Source of the DNA: Scyliorhinus canicula
Taxonomy: Eukaryota
NCBI RefSeq assembly: GCF_902713615.1
Contig: NC_052162.1
Span: forward strand, 86,095,240 to 86,159,239
Reading direction: 5' to 3'
DNA length: 64,000 nt
The notes beneath the pieces were generated by a model, which saw nothing but the letters and a program-made list of their open reading frames with translations, was not told the DNA's origin and did no database searches. The position numbers and the translations under genes were made by a program. This document shows, piece after piece, positions 35,645-46,879 of the stretch. The number at the start of each line of letters is the position of its first letter. The first letter of the stretch is position 1.

Positions 35645-36241
35645 TGTTATGGGCCATGATTTAGAGAACCCCAAAATGTCTCATGGAGTTCACCTGACCC
35701 ACAACCTTTAACAGATTGTAGTATGGGGAGCACACGGCCCACTCTACAGGTGTGGTACACCAGAAATCGAAAAGTATTTTTTTAAAGCAAAACAATGTTT
35801 ATTCTATGAACTCAAGTTAACCTTTTTAAAACATACTGAACATCTTAGCAACCATCAATTCAAATACAACCCCCAAAGAATACAACACAAAGTAATCCTT
35901 AATACCTTCTCAAACAACATCCAGAAGACAAAAGAAACACCTTTTAACAGAAGCACATTAGGTTCACATTCACTACTGAGAACATTTATAATTCTGAATT
36001 CACCAAATGATCAAGAGATAGTATTTTCATGGCAGAGAGATCAACAGTACACCTGTTTTGTCTGGCTTCAGCTCCAACACTGAAAACAAAACTAAAACAC
36101 ACCCTGCAGCAAACAGCCTAAAACAAAAGTAAAAAGCTGACAGACAGCCCAGCACCCACAGTCTGACATCACTGATAAACACCCATTTCTTAAAGGTACA
36201 TTTCATAAACACCCATTTCTTAAAGGTACTCTCACATGACA
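35645..36241 (-). repeat. 5' LTR of Gmr1-like element
   Basis: TGTTATGGG..ACATGACA on the + strand. Carries an extra 30-bp tandem unit (ATAAACACCCATTTCTTAAAGGTAC twice) absent from the other LTR. Confidence 0.95.
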
Positions 36242-36430
36242 GTGGGTTCCCTCCGGGTGCTCCAGTTTCTTCCCGCAAGTCCAGAAAGACATGCTGTTCG
36301 GTAATTTAGATATTCTGAATTCTCCCTCAGTGTACCGGAACAGGCGCCGGAATGTGGCGACTCCGGACTTTTGATAGTAACTTCATTGCAGTGTTAATGT
36401 AAGCCTACTTGTGACAATAAAGATTATTAT
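36242..36430 (+). mobile_element. V-SINE 3' half with AAGCCTACTTGTGACAATAA tail
   Basis: Continues 29741-29845; homologous to 61249-61557. Confidence 0.85.
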
Positions 36431-37279
36431 TGTAACCAGCATTATTCTAAGAAAATAATTAAGCATATATGACAGGTATATGTTGGGTTTTGTTTCAGTC
36501 TGTGATTCTAACTGCTATGTTAAACAAGAACTGGAATGAGGGGAATAATTTTTGGAACACAGCAATTCCTAGATGAGCATAAGGTCTATTTAGTTCACCT
36601 TAGTCTCATGGTACAATGATAATGGAGCACTTGATTAATTGTAGCAATCTATCAATATCAATTAGTCCATGCTCTAGCAAGAGAACCAAAGTGTTTGGGC
36701 CTATGTTTTGAAATAAAATTAAAACAGCAGAGATAAATTTGGTAATTTTTACAATATTTCACAAATCGCAATATTTAAAGTTTGTTTGGGCTGGAAATTG
36801 ACTCGTCAACATTGACTAACACATGCTGCATTCACATGTTCTCACTCTGGCTACTATTTCAATGGCATGATCAGCTAGTTTGTTTGAAAAGTAAAGGTAC
36901 AGATGGACACAGACATGCAAGTACATTAAAAGGGGCTATTCACTGATCTAGGAGCCCTGTGGCAGAGAACATTGGTCATAAATTTAGCAACAGAGAGTTG
37001 GAGGCCCACCTCTAATCTCTATGAGTGAAGCTCTGCTGGGAGTGCCTTGGTGAATTTACCATCGAGTGGTCATTAGTCGATATTATCAACAGTAATTTAC
37101 AGCTTCTGTTATGTTAAGTCAAAACTTAACATATGTTAAGTCAGTGGTGTGTTATTCTTTCAGTACAGTCTTTGAATGTTTTTATTCTTCTCTACTGAAT
37201 TTGTCTTCAAAAGGATTACTATATACAGGATAATCAGTAATAACATATTTGAATCTTTTCATGATTTTTTTTGTTGCAG

Positions 37280-37530
37280 GTTTTATACAAACTCTTTAAG
37301 ACTTTCTGCATCATGCCCTCAGTTGGAGTGTCAGATATTTTGATTGGAATTATAAAGTTCTTTCTCGTGGGATTCGGCGGTTTATTGGTGGGCATTGCTT
37401 ATGGAATCATCGCGGCACTCACTACTCGTTTCACAGAGAATATCCGTGTGATTGAACCTCTCTTCGTATTCCTGTACAGTTATTTATCATATCTGACCGC
37501 TGAAATGTTCCATTTCTCTGGCATTGTGGC
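37280..37530 (+). CDS. SLC9A2: Na+/H+ exchanger (NHE2-like) next coding exon
   Basis: TTTTTTTTGTTGCAG acceptor; GTAAGT donor at 37531. [47 protein letters not shown] continues NDAVTV in phase 0. Confidence 0.95.
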
Positions 37531-38639
37531 GTAAGTATTGCATCTATTAATGCGTTAATCACTGGGGCTAACAATCTACCCGTGTGAAGTTTAAAATCTA
37601 TGACTGTAATGTCATGGATATGCTCTAGTTGAACCTATGTATAGGATTTCTTGACAGAGAATGAACTGCTCATGGCCATAAGTTATTGATTTTCCCAATA
37701 AAGGTTGCATTGCACCTTTAGTAATATCCTCGGCTCTTCACAAGTGTTTGAGGGGAGATTTGGTCCAAGAGTGAATCTTCACGATGGGTTATAAAGGATG
37801 AAATGGTGGAAGAGAGACAAATTGTTTTTGGGAAACAGGACAAAAATTTTCAGGGAACAATTGGAAAGTCATTCAATTGTGTTTCAAACAAAATGAGTGA
37901 AGTTGTACTCTGAGTTCCAAATTTAAATAATGGCTTTTAAAATTATACAACCCTGTTATATTGCGAATAACATATATTCCTTTTTTGAAGTGCTTTGTAC
38001 ATATATGGATTTTGTATTAACACACTATCACCAGCTCTGTGAGTGCAGTAATGGTTTGAAACTCATTGCATTCTGAATTTCCTTGCCCAGCACATATATA
38101 TTTTTCAATACTTTGCTGAGCGGTACGTTACTGGTTATACTCCCCTACATGTTAACACAACATATTTGATCGATGAATAAATAGATTAATAAATAATGTA
38201 ATAGTCTCCTTTGCTATCACGACTTGCTCATGAATATTAAGACTATTTAACAGGGGTAATTTTGACCCAATACTTTAAGTACGAAAGATCTTCCTTGGTG
38301 TCCAGGATTTGATCTTGAGCTGATGCACTTGTTTGGTGTGGTTTTTTTTGGATTTTAAATTTATTTTCTTGTACTTATTTCCATAGACATTTAAGCATCG
38401 GCAATTGTAACCTACACTTCTACACCAGAAAGTAAATCAATCAGACACTTGCGGACCCTTTAGTGCATACATTAGTTGACATGCATTGGGAATATTAATC
38501 AGGATCATTAAGAGACGACTGATTGACAATTCAATTGTCAAAAGTGACTGGTAGAGGTCATTTCAAATGATATCAGTTGTATCTGTAAAACCTCAGATGC
38601 TTCGACCAGTATATTAATCAAAAATTTTACCTAGGTGCC

Positions 38640-39058
38640 CTTATTTGCAAGATGAACAAAGGACAAAACAGGTTCGTGGTTTAACGCAATTTTATTCACA
38701 ATTCTCTCACTCAACAAAGTATGACTCAGACACCGTGGAGCTTTAGGTTTTACCCGCACTTGGTGAAGGAGGCTGGCCAGGCTATGATCACTGGATATGG
38801 GTGTCTTCGCAGGGCTTCGAAACCCAGGGTCCTGCCTTCTTGCGATGGTTGTGCCTGGGGGACTCCCAGGCTATCGCTGAAGGTCGGTTCTGATGTTCCA
38901 TTCTTTAACGTGAGTGGGGTAATCACAAAGTCCATATAACAATAATGGGTTTATGCGTTGACTTGAGTGCTCTTGCAGACGATTCCAGCCAGGGCCTCAT
39001 GTGATAGTTTGTGTTCCTGGCCTATGTCCCTTGCCAGCCTGACCCCTATAACCTAACA
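38640..39058 (-). mobile_element. Possible solo LTR
   Basis: AATAAA(-) at about 38691-38696 and a ..CCTAACA end. No clean TSD and the other terminus is unclear. Confidence 0.3.
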
Positions 39059-39569
39059 GTGACCAGCTGAACAGGAATGAAACAAGTCATTATGAGGATT
39101 GTGAGTACAACTTAAACCTATGTTCAGCTTTCGTGTCCACTTGGTGACTAAGATGCACTAACTGCACAGTGTTAGACAAGTTTAGGGGACTTCAGCAGCA
39201 ACACCTTCTCAACATTTCTCCTGGAAATTTATCTCGGAGCTTCACTTAAAATGAGTCAACATTGTGCAACTCTATCTGATTGAACAACCTACAGGAGTCA
39301 CCAAGAGAAAGAAGTGCATTGGCCATCTTGTGAGTGGGGGTGGGGGGACCCCCATTCTCTGTATGAGCACTGGAGGAGGAGGTCAGGTCAGGTATGTTGT
39401 GTATTGTTGGCAGCCTTGTAGTTGAATAGGGGCACTTTAAGAGAACGTCATCGGAGTTGACACATCGGCCACTTGCGCGGGCTGTCGAACATCGCAGCCT
39501 GTTGTGCCAACATCTTCTGAATAAACCTCTACGTTTTGGTTGAACTTCCAAGTCCTGCAGACCCAATTT

Positions 39570-41200
39570 TGAATCCGCCAAAGGGTAGAGCAGCACCAAC
39601 TGCTGGAGGAGAGACGGGCATGAGGGTGAGGAGGGCCCATTCACCCAAGGCCGCCAATGAGTACTTCTCCTATATTCACATAAGAACATAAGAACTAGGA
39701 GCAGGAGTAGGCCATCTGGCCCCTCGAGCCTGCTCCGCCATTCAATGAGATCATGGCTGATCTTTTGTGGACTCAGCTCCACTTTCCGGCCCGAACACCA
39801 TAACCCTTAATCCCTTTATTCTTCAAAAAACTATCTATCTTTACCTTAAAAACATGTAATGAAGGAGCCTCAACTGCTTCACTGGGCAAGGAATTCCATA
39901 GATTCACAACCCTTTGGGTGAAGAAGTTCCTCCTAAACTCAGTTCTAAATCTACTTCCCCTTATTTTGAGGCTATGCCCCCTAGTTCTGCTGTCACCCGC
40001 CAATGGAAACAACCTGCCCGCATCTATCCTATCTATTCCCTTCATAATTTTAAATGTTTCTATAAGATCCCCCCTCATCCTTCTAAATTCCAACGAGTGC
40101 AGTCCTAGTCTACTCAAATTCTCCTCATAATCCAACCCCTTCAGCTCTGGGATTAACCTAGTGAATCTCCTCTGCACACCCTCCAGCGCCAGTACGTCCT
40201 TTCTCAAGTAAGGAGACCAAAACTGAACACAATACTCCAGGTGTGGCCGCACTAACACCTTATACAATTGCAACATAACCTCCCTAGTCTTAAACTCCAT
40301 CCCTCTAGCAATGAAGGACAAAATTCCATTTGCCTTCTTAATCACCTGTTGCACTTGTAAACCAACCTTCTGTGACTCATGCACTAGCACACCCAAGTCT
40401 CTCTGAACAGCGGCATGCTTTAATATTTTATCGTTTAAATAATAATCCCGTTTGCTGTTATTCCTACCAAAATGGATAACCTCACATTTGTAAACATGAC
40501 CCAGGACCAATACATGAAGACCCTGCACTTCACCAAGGAGATCAGTAAAAGTGACCTGTGGCCCCATGGAATGAAGACTCAAATACAATGGAACAGTCAG
40601 AACGCATTGCCTGTGGCAGTCATGATCAGATTCACACTTACTTTTTATGTTACTGGAAATTTTCAGGCTATCACAGGTGATATCATCCATACCTCACAAT
40701 CCTCTGCACAGTTTTACATAAGGAAGATCTCTGCAATTGCACATACAGTGACTATTATTGCCTGTTGCCAGAGACAACTAGTGGCAGAGAACTCTAGAAT
40801 TCAACAAGATTTCAGGATTTCCATGTGGCCATTTGAGCCCCTGATTTAAACCTGGATGAGTTCTGGAACAGACAGGCATTTCATTCTCAACAGCAGGTAT
40901 TCTCGCCAATCAATGGCAGGAAAATGGCTGCTAGCAGAGGTTGATGGGCTTCTTCGGACAGAACTACCTGTGCCACAGATCTTTAAGCTCCCCTGTAATG
41001 TGCATCAATGACTACGAAGTGACAAGCCATACCATCTGATGCCAATGCTCGTGACTCTTGAGGAAGTCACAGGCTCCCAAAACAAGACGGATTTTCCCGT
41101 TCGAGACGTGAGCCCACCACAGACCGATTCCCGGGTTATGAACCAGGAAGTGTGGAGGCCAATTAAGAAGCTTCCTCCAACAGCCCTGTCCAATTAGGGA
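39570..41200 (+). pseudogene. Second, older Harbinger transposase relic interrupted by CR1
   Basis: Joined across the CR1 it reads EYFSYI|HMTQDQYMKTLHFTKE..ALPVAVMIRFTLTFYVTGNFQAITGDIIHTSQSSA, the HARBI1-like N-terminal region. Confidence 0.65.
39678..40493 (-). mobile_element. Young 5'-truncated CR1 LINE
   Basis: Uninterrupted RT C-terminus (RDLGV, LVRPHLEYCVQFWSPY, TRGH, FFTQRVVNLWNSLP), (TTCTTATG)n tail, ACAT duplication. Confidence 0.95.
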
Positions 41201-41302
41201 CAGCAGGCAGCCTGAGGAATTTGTGGCACATTGTGCATGCGTAGGTCGTTCCATAGTGAAAGATGGTGGGGAGTTTTGGCGCAGTGGATGAGAATACGGT
41301 GA

Positions 41303-43250
41303 AATAGCCTGAAGTTGCCATCATGAAGGATACACCAGTGGAGAAATGAATTGAGAGACTGGGTGAAATCTCCTGAAGATTGATACCCTGTAAAACTCAT
41401 GAGCGATGATGGGACGCAATTCATTTTGCAAGATTTTGTACACTACTTGAAGTAGAACAGAATTCAACATATCCGAGCGATGGAGCTGTTATTCAGAGAG
41501 ATTCAACTGTTTTGTTCAAGCAAACAAAATAGCAATAAATATAAAAGCCCCAACTTTTCTGAGCATAGGGGGTGGGGGGGGGGGGGGGGGGGGGGGGGGG
41601 GTACATATTTAACCGCCTGAGGATTCTAGTACAGCTGGAAAAACTATGCACGAAAACCTACGATGAAATCGTCGAAATATTGCAGGGCCGGTATTCACTA
41701 TTGACAAACGCAACCAAGAAGAAGGGGAGGCACAGTGGCCAATGGACAGCACTGCTGCCTCACAGCACCCGAGGACTTGGGTTCAATTCCAGCCTTGGGT
41801 CACTGTCTGTGTGGAGTTTGCACATTCACCCCGTGGTTGCTTGGGTTTCCTTCGGGTGCTCCGGTTTCCTCCCACAGTCCAAAGATGTGCAGGTTAGGTG
41901 TTCTGGCCATGCTAAATTGCCTCTTAGTGTCCAAACATTGTTGGAGAAAGACTTCAGAAACAAACCCTGAGCCATATTCCACTTGAAGCCTTGAATTATC
42001 TGTATTGGCAGGTTGCCACCTCTGGGGAATGACAGTCATCTTTCCACCACTACTAAAAAAATTGGATTAAATCAATGACACAACAACAGTGTGACATTGT
42101 AAGGATGACAAATGTAGCCAGGAACTATTTTTGGTGGCTGGAATTAGTTATCAAAATCAAGGAAAAGGCAGAAATGTGTTCGTCTTGAGAAAAAGTGCAG
42201 GACCTGCCACTGTTAGTCTCATTACACCTGTTGGAATGGTCAGATGAGGCCTGGTAACGAGGACCATGCTGATTTCCCCTGACCGGTTGGAAGGCACATG
42301 TTTCTCATTCTAGTCAATGCTCACTCAGAATAGCCTGAAGTGGCCATCATGAAGACTACATCAGTGGAGAAATAAATTGAGAGATTGGGTGAAATCTCCT
42401 GAAGATTGGATAACCTGTAAAACTCATCAGCGATGATGGGCCGCAATTCATTTTGCAAGATTTTGTACACTACTTGAAGGAGAACAGAATTCAACATATC
42501 CGATCTGCTCCTTATCAACATGCCACAAATGGGCTGTCAGAACATTTTGTACTGACGATGAAACATTAATTGAAGGTAACTGAGAACAAGATTGATTGCC
42601 TGAACGCTTAAGCCAATTCCTGCTCACGGACAAAAATACTGTGCATTCAACAACCCAAGTTTCTCCAGCATTGTTAATGGTGAGACATCAACTACGCACA
42701 GTATTCCATTTGATAAAACTACCTAAGACAAAATAAATTGTCGACAAAAAGCAGCAGGATCAGGTCATACGACGGGAGAATAAGGTGAAACATTGACATA
42801 TTCACCAGGATCAAGCAGTTCTGGCAAGGAACTATGCCACCAGTGTAAAGAGGATCCCTGCCACCGTTTTAGTCCAGACAGGACCAGTTTAAGACACTAT
42901 ACAAACCCGAGACGATAGAATATGGAGGCGGCAAGAACCAATCTGCCAGAGACAGAACCGACAGAGAGTCCAAATCACACTTTGCCAAGAGATGACCTAG
43001 ACCTTCCCAAGAACCTGACACTAATTGATCTATTTGGGGAAAGTAGTATCTCAGTTGTGAACCAGACGCCAAGTTAACCTCAGAACATTTGTGTTGACTC
43101 AAGTTAAGACGGCCACGGATGACGTCGAAACCAAGTCAAAGACACCAGAGTTTTCGGCTAGCAGTAAAAGGGAGACGCCTGAGGTTCACCAAAACCACAC
43201 AGAGAATGATGGCCTCTGAAGTGCTCACCCTGCCTCTGGACATGGAAATG
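41303..43250 (+). mobile_element. Heavily deleted Gypsy relic (gag start plus integrase)
   Basis: Gag-like KTYDEIVEIL at about 41650. Integrase remnants *PEVAIM and SDDGPQF, and an SAPY..ATNG-like segment, at 42330-42540. Confidence 0.7.
41724..41935 (+). mobile_element. V-SINE, 3'-truncated
   Basis: Head and V-domain. Confidence 0.85.
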
Positions 43251-43497
43251 TCTCTGGAGCTGTGGACCACTCCTGGTTGGTCGGATGTTGGCTGCTGTGT
43301 GTGTGGTGGTGCCTCCTGCAGTGTTCCGACACAGTGTCCAGGCATCAAGTTGTGATTGGGATGCTAGACAATGACTCCCACATGCTACATGACCCGCCTA
43401 CCCATGGGAATGCACGTGGCATGTGTCACGTGCTCACTTAATCACGATTAACCCTATTGGCAATTGCCTTCAGCCATGCAGCCAGAGTCTGCAACCA

Positions 43498-43673
43498 GGG
43501 GGTGGTTTAGCTCACTGAGCTAAATCGCTGGCTTTTAAAGCAGACGAAGCAGGCCAGCAGCACGGTTCGATTCCCGTACCAGCCTCCCCGGACAGGCGCC
43601 GGAATGTGGCGACTAGGAGCTTTTCACAGTAACTTCATTGAAGCCTACTCGTGACAATAAGCAATTTCATTTC
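43498..43673 (+). mobile_element. Short tRNA SINE, second family
   Basis: Nearly the exact reverse complement of 59725-59903; (ATTTC)n tail. Confidence 0.9.
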
Positions 43674-43679
43674 AGAGTC

Positions 43680-45110
43680 CTTAGCAGTCGGTGGGGGTTA
43701 TGGGTGATCGGTGGGGCAGGTGGTCAAATACAGCGGTTTTTCCCGGAACGGGGTTGGAATCCAGGGATTGGAATGATGGTGCGATGAGCGATTGCCTCCC
43801 CGGTTTTCCCCCAAGCGCCTCCCCCACCCCCCCCCTCCCATGGTGGCCCACCCCTATGGAGGGACCCCCAACCCCGCCGAGCATTGGGATGTCAAGACCA
43901 GCACACCCGGACTCTTTCCCTGTGAGCAAAGATTGCTACTCTCCTCCTTGGCTCCCCACGGAAACCCTTCCGCAGGTTCACGTTTTTCAAAAGGAGTACC
44001 AATCGGTGCCAGCGTCAGCACTCGCTGGGGAGGCCGCTGAATGACGGGGGGGCTGTTGGATATAGGGTCGCTCTCTATGGAAATGGAGCTTAAGAGGTGA
44101 TAATTGGTTTCATGCCACACTCCAGCGAGATCCCAATACCGCCTACAGGAGTGGGCCGGTTGCATCGCAATCTGCTTGGCGCCCAGTGCGTATCTCATTT
44201 TTGGCCTCTCCCATTATTCGCTGACCTCGTTACGCTTGAGCGTGAGTGTAACGAGGCCGGAAGATGTGTATGTGAGATCCTGCATCCTGCCGCACCCGTT
44301 TTCTGGTGTGGCATGCCCCGGCCGTCAGCCGGCGAATTGGATTTCCCATTGTGGGCAACCTCACGGCGTCGGGAAATCAGCGGCGTGAGTGCGCTAGTGG
44401 CGAAATGGAGGATCCCGCCGACAGAGAATCCAGCCTGGTGTTCACCCGCAGGAGGGGAATTGCAACCGATTTACAAACTACTCTTGAGAGTGCAAATCGG
44501 GAAGCAATTCCGTATCCGTTGCCATGCAAATTTATGCGTGGCGAAGAACATGAGCGATTCCTGAGGGAATCCCAGAATCAGGCCGCCATTTTGAGCGGGC
44601 AGCCCAATAGTGAAGTCCTGCGGCCTGCAACCTCCCCCCATCCCCACCCCCACCACACCACAAAGCAACCCCGGCACCCTGGATTGCCTGGGTGCCCTCC
44701 TTCCCCAAAATACAGGTGTGACCTGACCTACCTTCAAGGATCCCCTTTATATTGAGATCCCCAGGACCCTTTAATATGGATACCTCCCTCAGGACCCCTT
44801 AATAACCTCTCCCGGGACCCCCTTCAGAGAGAGAGACCCCCTCCCCAGGGACCACCTTAATAGGGAGACCTCCCCGTCGGGAACCCTTAGTAGGGAGACC
44901 CCCCAGGGATCCCTTTAATAGAGAGACCCTGACCAAGGGCTCCATTAATATGGGGAACCCCTGAGAACCACCCCAACGAAGGGACCTCCCCACAGAGACC
45001 TCTAACTAAAGGAACCCCCACCACAGAGACACCCGAACTAAAGGGACCACCCACAGGGACCCCTGCATTTTGGGAGCCTTGTGAATTCCCCGCTCCCATC
45101 GCTGATCTTC
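43680..45110. mobile_element. GC-rich MITE-like elements with an internal GGGACCCC-type minisatellite (about 44740-45065)
   Basis: AGAGAATCCAGCC terminus at about 44423; recurring (A)GGGACCCC / GAGACC units; similar to 24658-26040 and 59910-60470. Confidence 0.5.
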
Positions 45111-45404
45111 CCTCGCTGCAGGTGAAATATGTGATTGATTTAAAGAAGCAATAGTATTTGAACTAACTTTATACACCTGTTTGTTATATTGTATAATATT
45201 CAACAGTACTAGCGGGGAAAGTGTCTGATCTTTGAGAACTTGAAGGGTATATTATTGCCGGATTAAAAATACAGTACAGTCAACTCACAACATTGAGTTT
45301 AGGGGTGGGCTATCAGTTTACGGCAGCGGGAATTCTCGCTCCGATTGTCTCCGCCACACCCACCAGTGATATAAAGCGAATCCAGACGTTCAACGTCAGG
45401 ATTC

Positions 45405-45540
45405 CCATTTGAATATATATTGGGAAGACAGCAGGATTAGGCTATTGAGTTGGATGATCAGCCATGATCGTGATGAATGGCTGAGCAGGCCCGAAGGTCC
45501 AAAAGGCCTCCTCCTGCTCCTATCTTCTATGTGTCTATGA
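45405..45540 (+). mobile_element. CR1 3' tail
   Basis: GATCAGCCATGATC..GGCCTCCTCCTGCTCCTATCTTCTATG. Confidence 0.75.
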
Positions 45541-45884
45541 ATATAATTAAATATTCCTCTTCTTCCATCTGAGCAGAATTCTCTGACGCGATTGCTGGCA
45601 GAGACAGTTGGCTTTCTCGTTACGTTCAGAATGTGGCGCATACAGCAAATCAGGATAGCTTCTGAGTTGAGGACTGCAGGCCACCTCCTGACCACTCAAG
45701 GCATCTAAACCTCTTTCGGGATGCTAAGAATCTGCCCAATAATAATGCTGGTGACTGGGAGCCCCTGATTGTAGAAACATTTCCCAGCACTTCTGCAGGC
45801 AGCATTGGAAGTGCGGACCACAAAACCAGCGCAAAAAACGCTTACCTGGAATACCAATGTGTTTCTGCCCAGGGTCCAGATGCC

Positions 45885-46105
45885 TGTGTGGAGAGCAACC
45901 CATCTGGTCGGCCGGCTCGTGATGTGGAGCATCGCCAAGAGCATGGGTTCAATTCCCATACCGGTTATCCGGGCAGGGCCCGTCTTCTCAACCTTACCCC
46001 TCACCTGAGGAGTGGTGACTCTGAGGTTAAATCACCACCAGTCAGCACTCTCTCAAAAAGGGGAGAGCAGCCTGTGGTCCTCGGGGACTATGGCTTCTTT
46101 CATTT
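45885..46105 (+). mobile_element. Third SINE-like family
   Basis: B-box GGTTCAATTCC followed by CCCCTCACCTGAGG..GGTTAAATCACCACCAGTCAG..GGACTATGGC. Confidence 0.5.
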
Positions 46106-46879
46106 AATTGCGTTTAGAATACATTGTGAGCAGAGAGATTTAGAACACCACTTTGAGTTCTAAACCTCTCTGCATTGAGGAACAAATATTACTGCGGCTA
46201 CAAATCACGCTGATTGTCCCAGTCATTGGGATGGTGTGGGATATGATGAAGTTCAAACCTGGGCAGGGGCACTGACATGGAATAAAAGTGATTTAATCTC
46301 ATCAAATCGATTTGAATAAACCTCTGAAAAGCAGATCCTCGAGAGCTATAATTGGAATTCTGAACCATATTTCATGTATTCCCTGTCACTTGGAAAAACA
46401 GCAATCAGCATTTAGCATGAACAATAGGATTATACAAATAGAAGGATGAGGCTAACAATGCTTCAAAGCGTTAGTGGCATCTGATTTGTTCAGATTTATT
46501 ATATTATGCAACATCAAATTTACTGACTCATCTTTCTTAACTTAGTTTCCATTCCTATTTTCTTTCATGGACAGACAGCCTGCTGAGCGAGGAACAGATC
46601 TGTCGTTTGATTGCACTAATTGGACTGTATTCTATCCTTCCCTTGTTTTCCATTTCTTGCCTGTTGCCAAATACAGTGCTTTTGGAAAAAAGCTTCAACA
46701 GTTTTACTTCGTGGTGCAGTCACATTATAAACTTGTCTCACTTGTGTTGGGCGTCATGCCACCTGAAGTAAGATTGAGACATCTTCCAGAAACCCTACTG
46801 TACTTCCCACTGGTAGGGCCCTGATACCAGGTTTGGGCTCCATTTGCCATTGAAATCACCTAACCCTGAACTATGCAGA

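Larger units (their letters stand above)
29846..36241 (-). mobile_element. Gmr1-type Gypsy LTR retrotransposon (gag-PR-INT-RT order), decayed
   Basis: LTRs 35645-36241 and 29846-30418; 4-bp flanks GTAG/GTGG; tRNA-Pro-like PBS TGGGGGCTTGTCCAGGAT; PPT at about 30419-30432. Gag (FEKVAKQMKWP), knuckle, PR ILRDMAASQS, INT (IDCVGPLP, QSDQGSNF, YHPESQG) upstream of RT (LDLLKGYWQVP, YIDD). Confidence 0.92.

Noticed and set aside
39773-40690. 305-aa ORF as a functional gene
   Set aside because: Truncated CR1 RT C-terminus fused by chance to antisense Harbinger sequence.
44740-45065. CRISPR-like repeat-spacer array
   Set aside because: Eukaryotic context; repeats are degenerate and irregular, with no unique spacers or cas genes.
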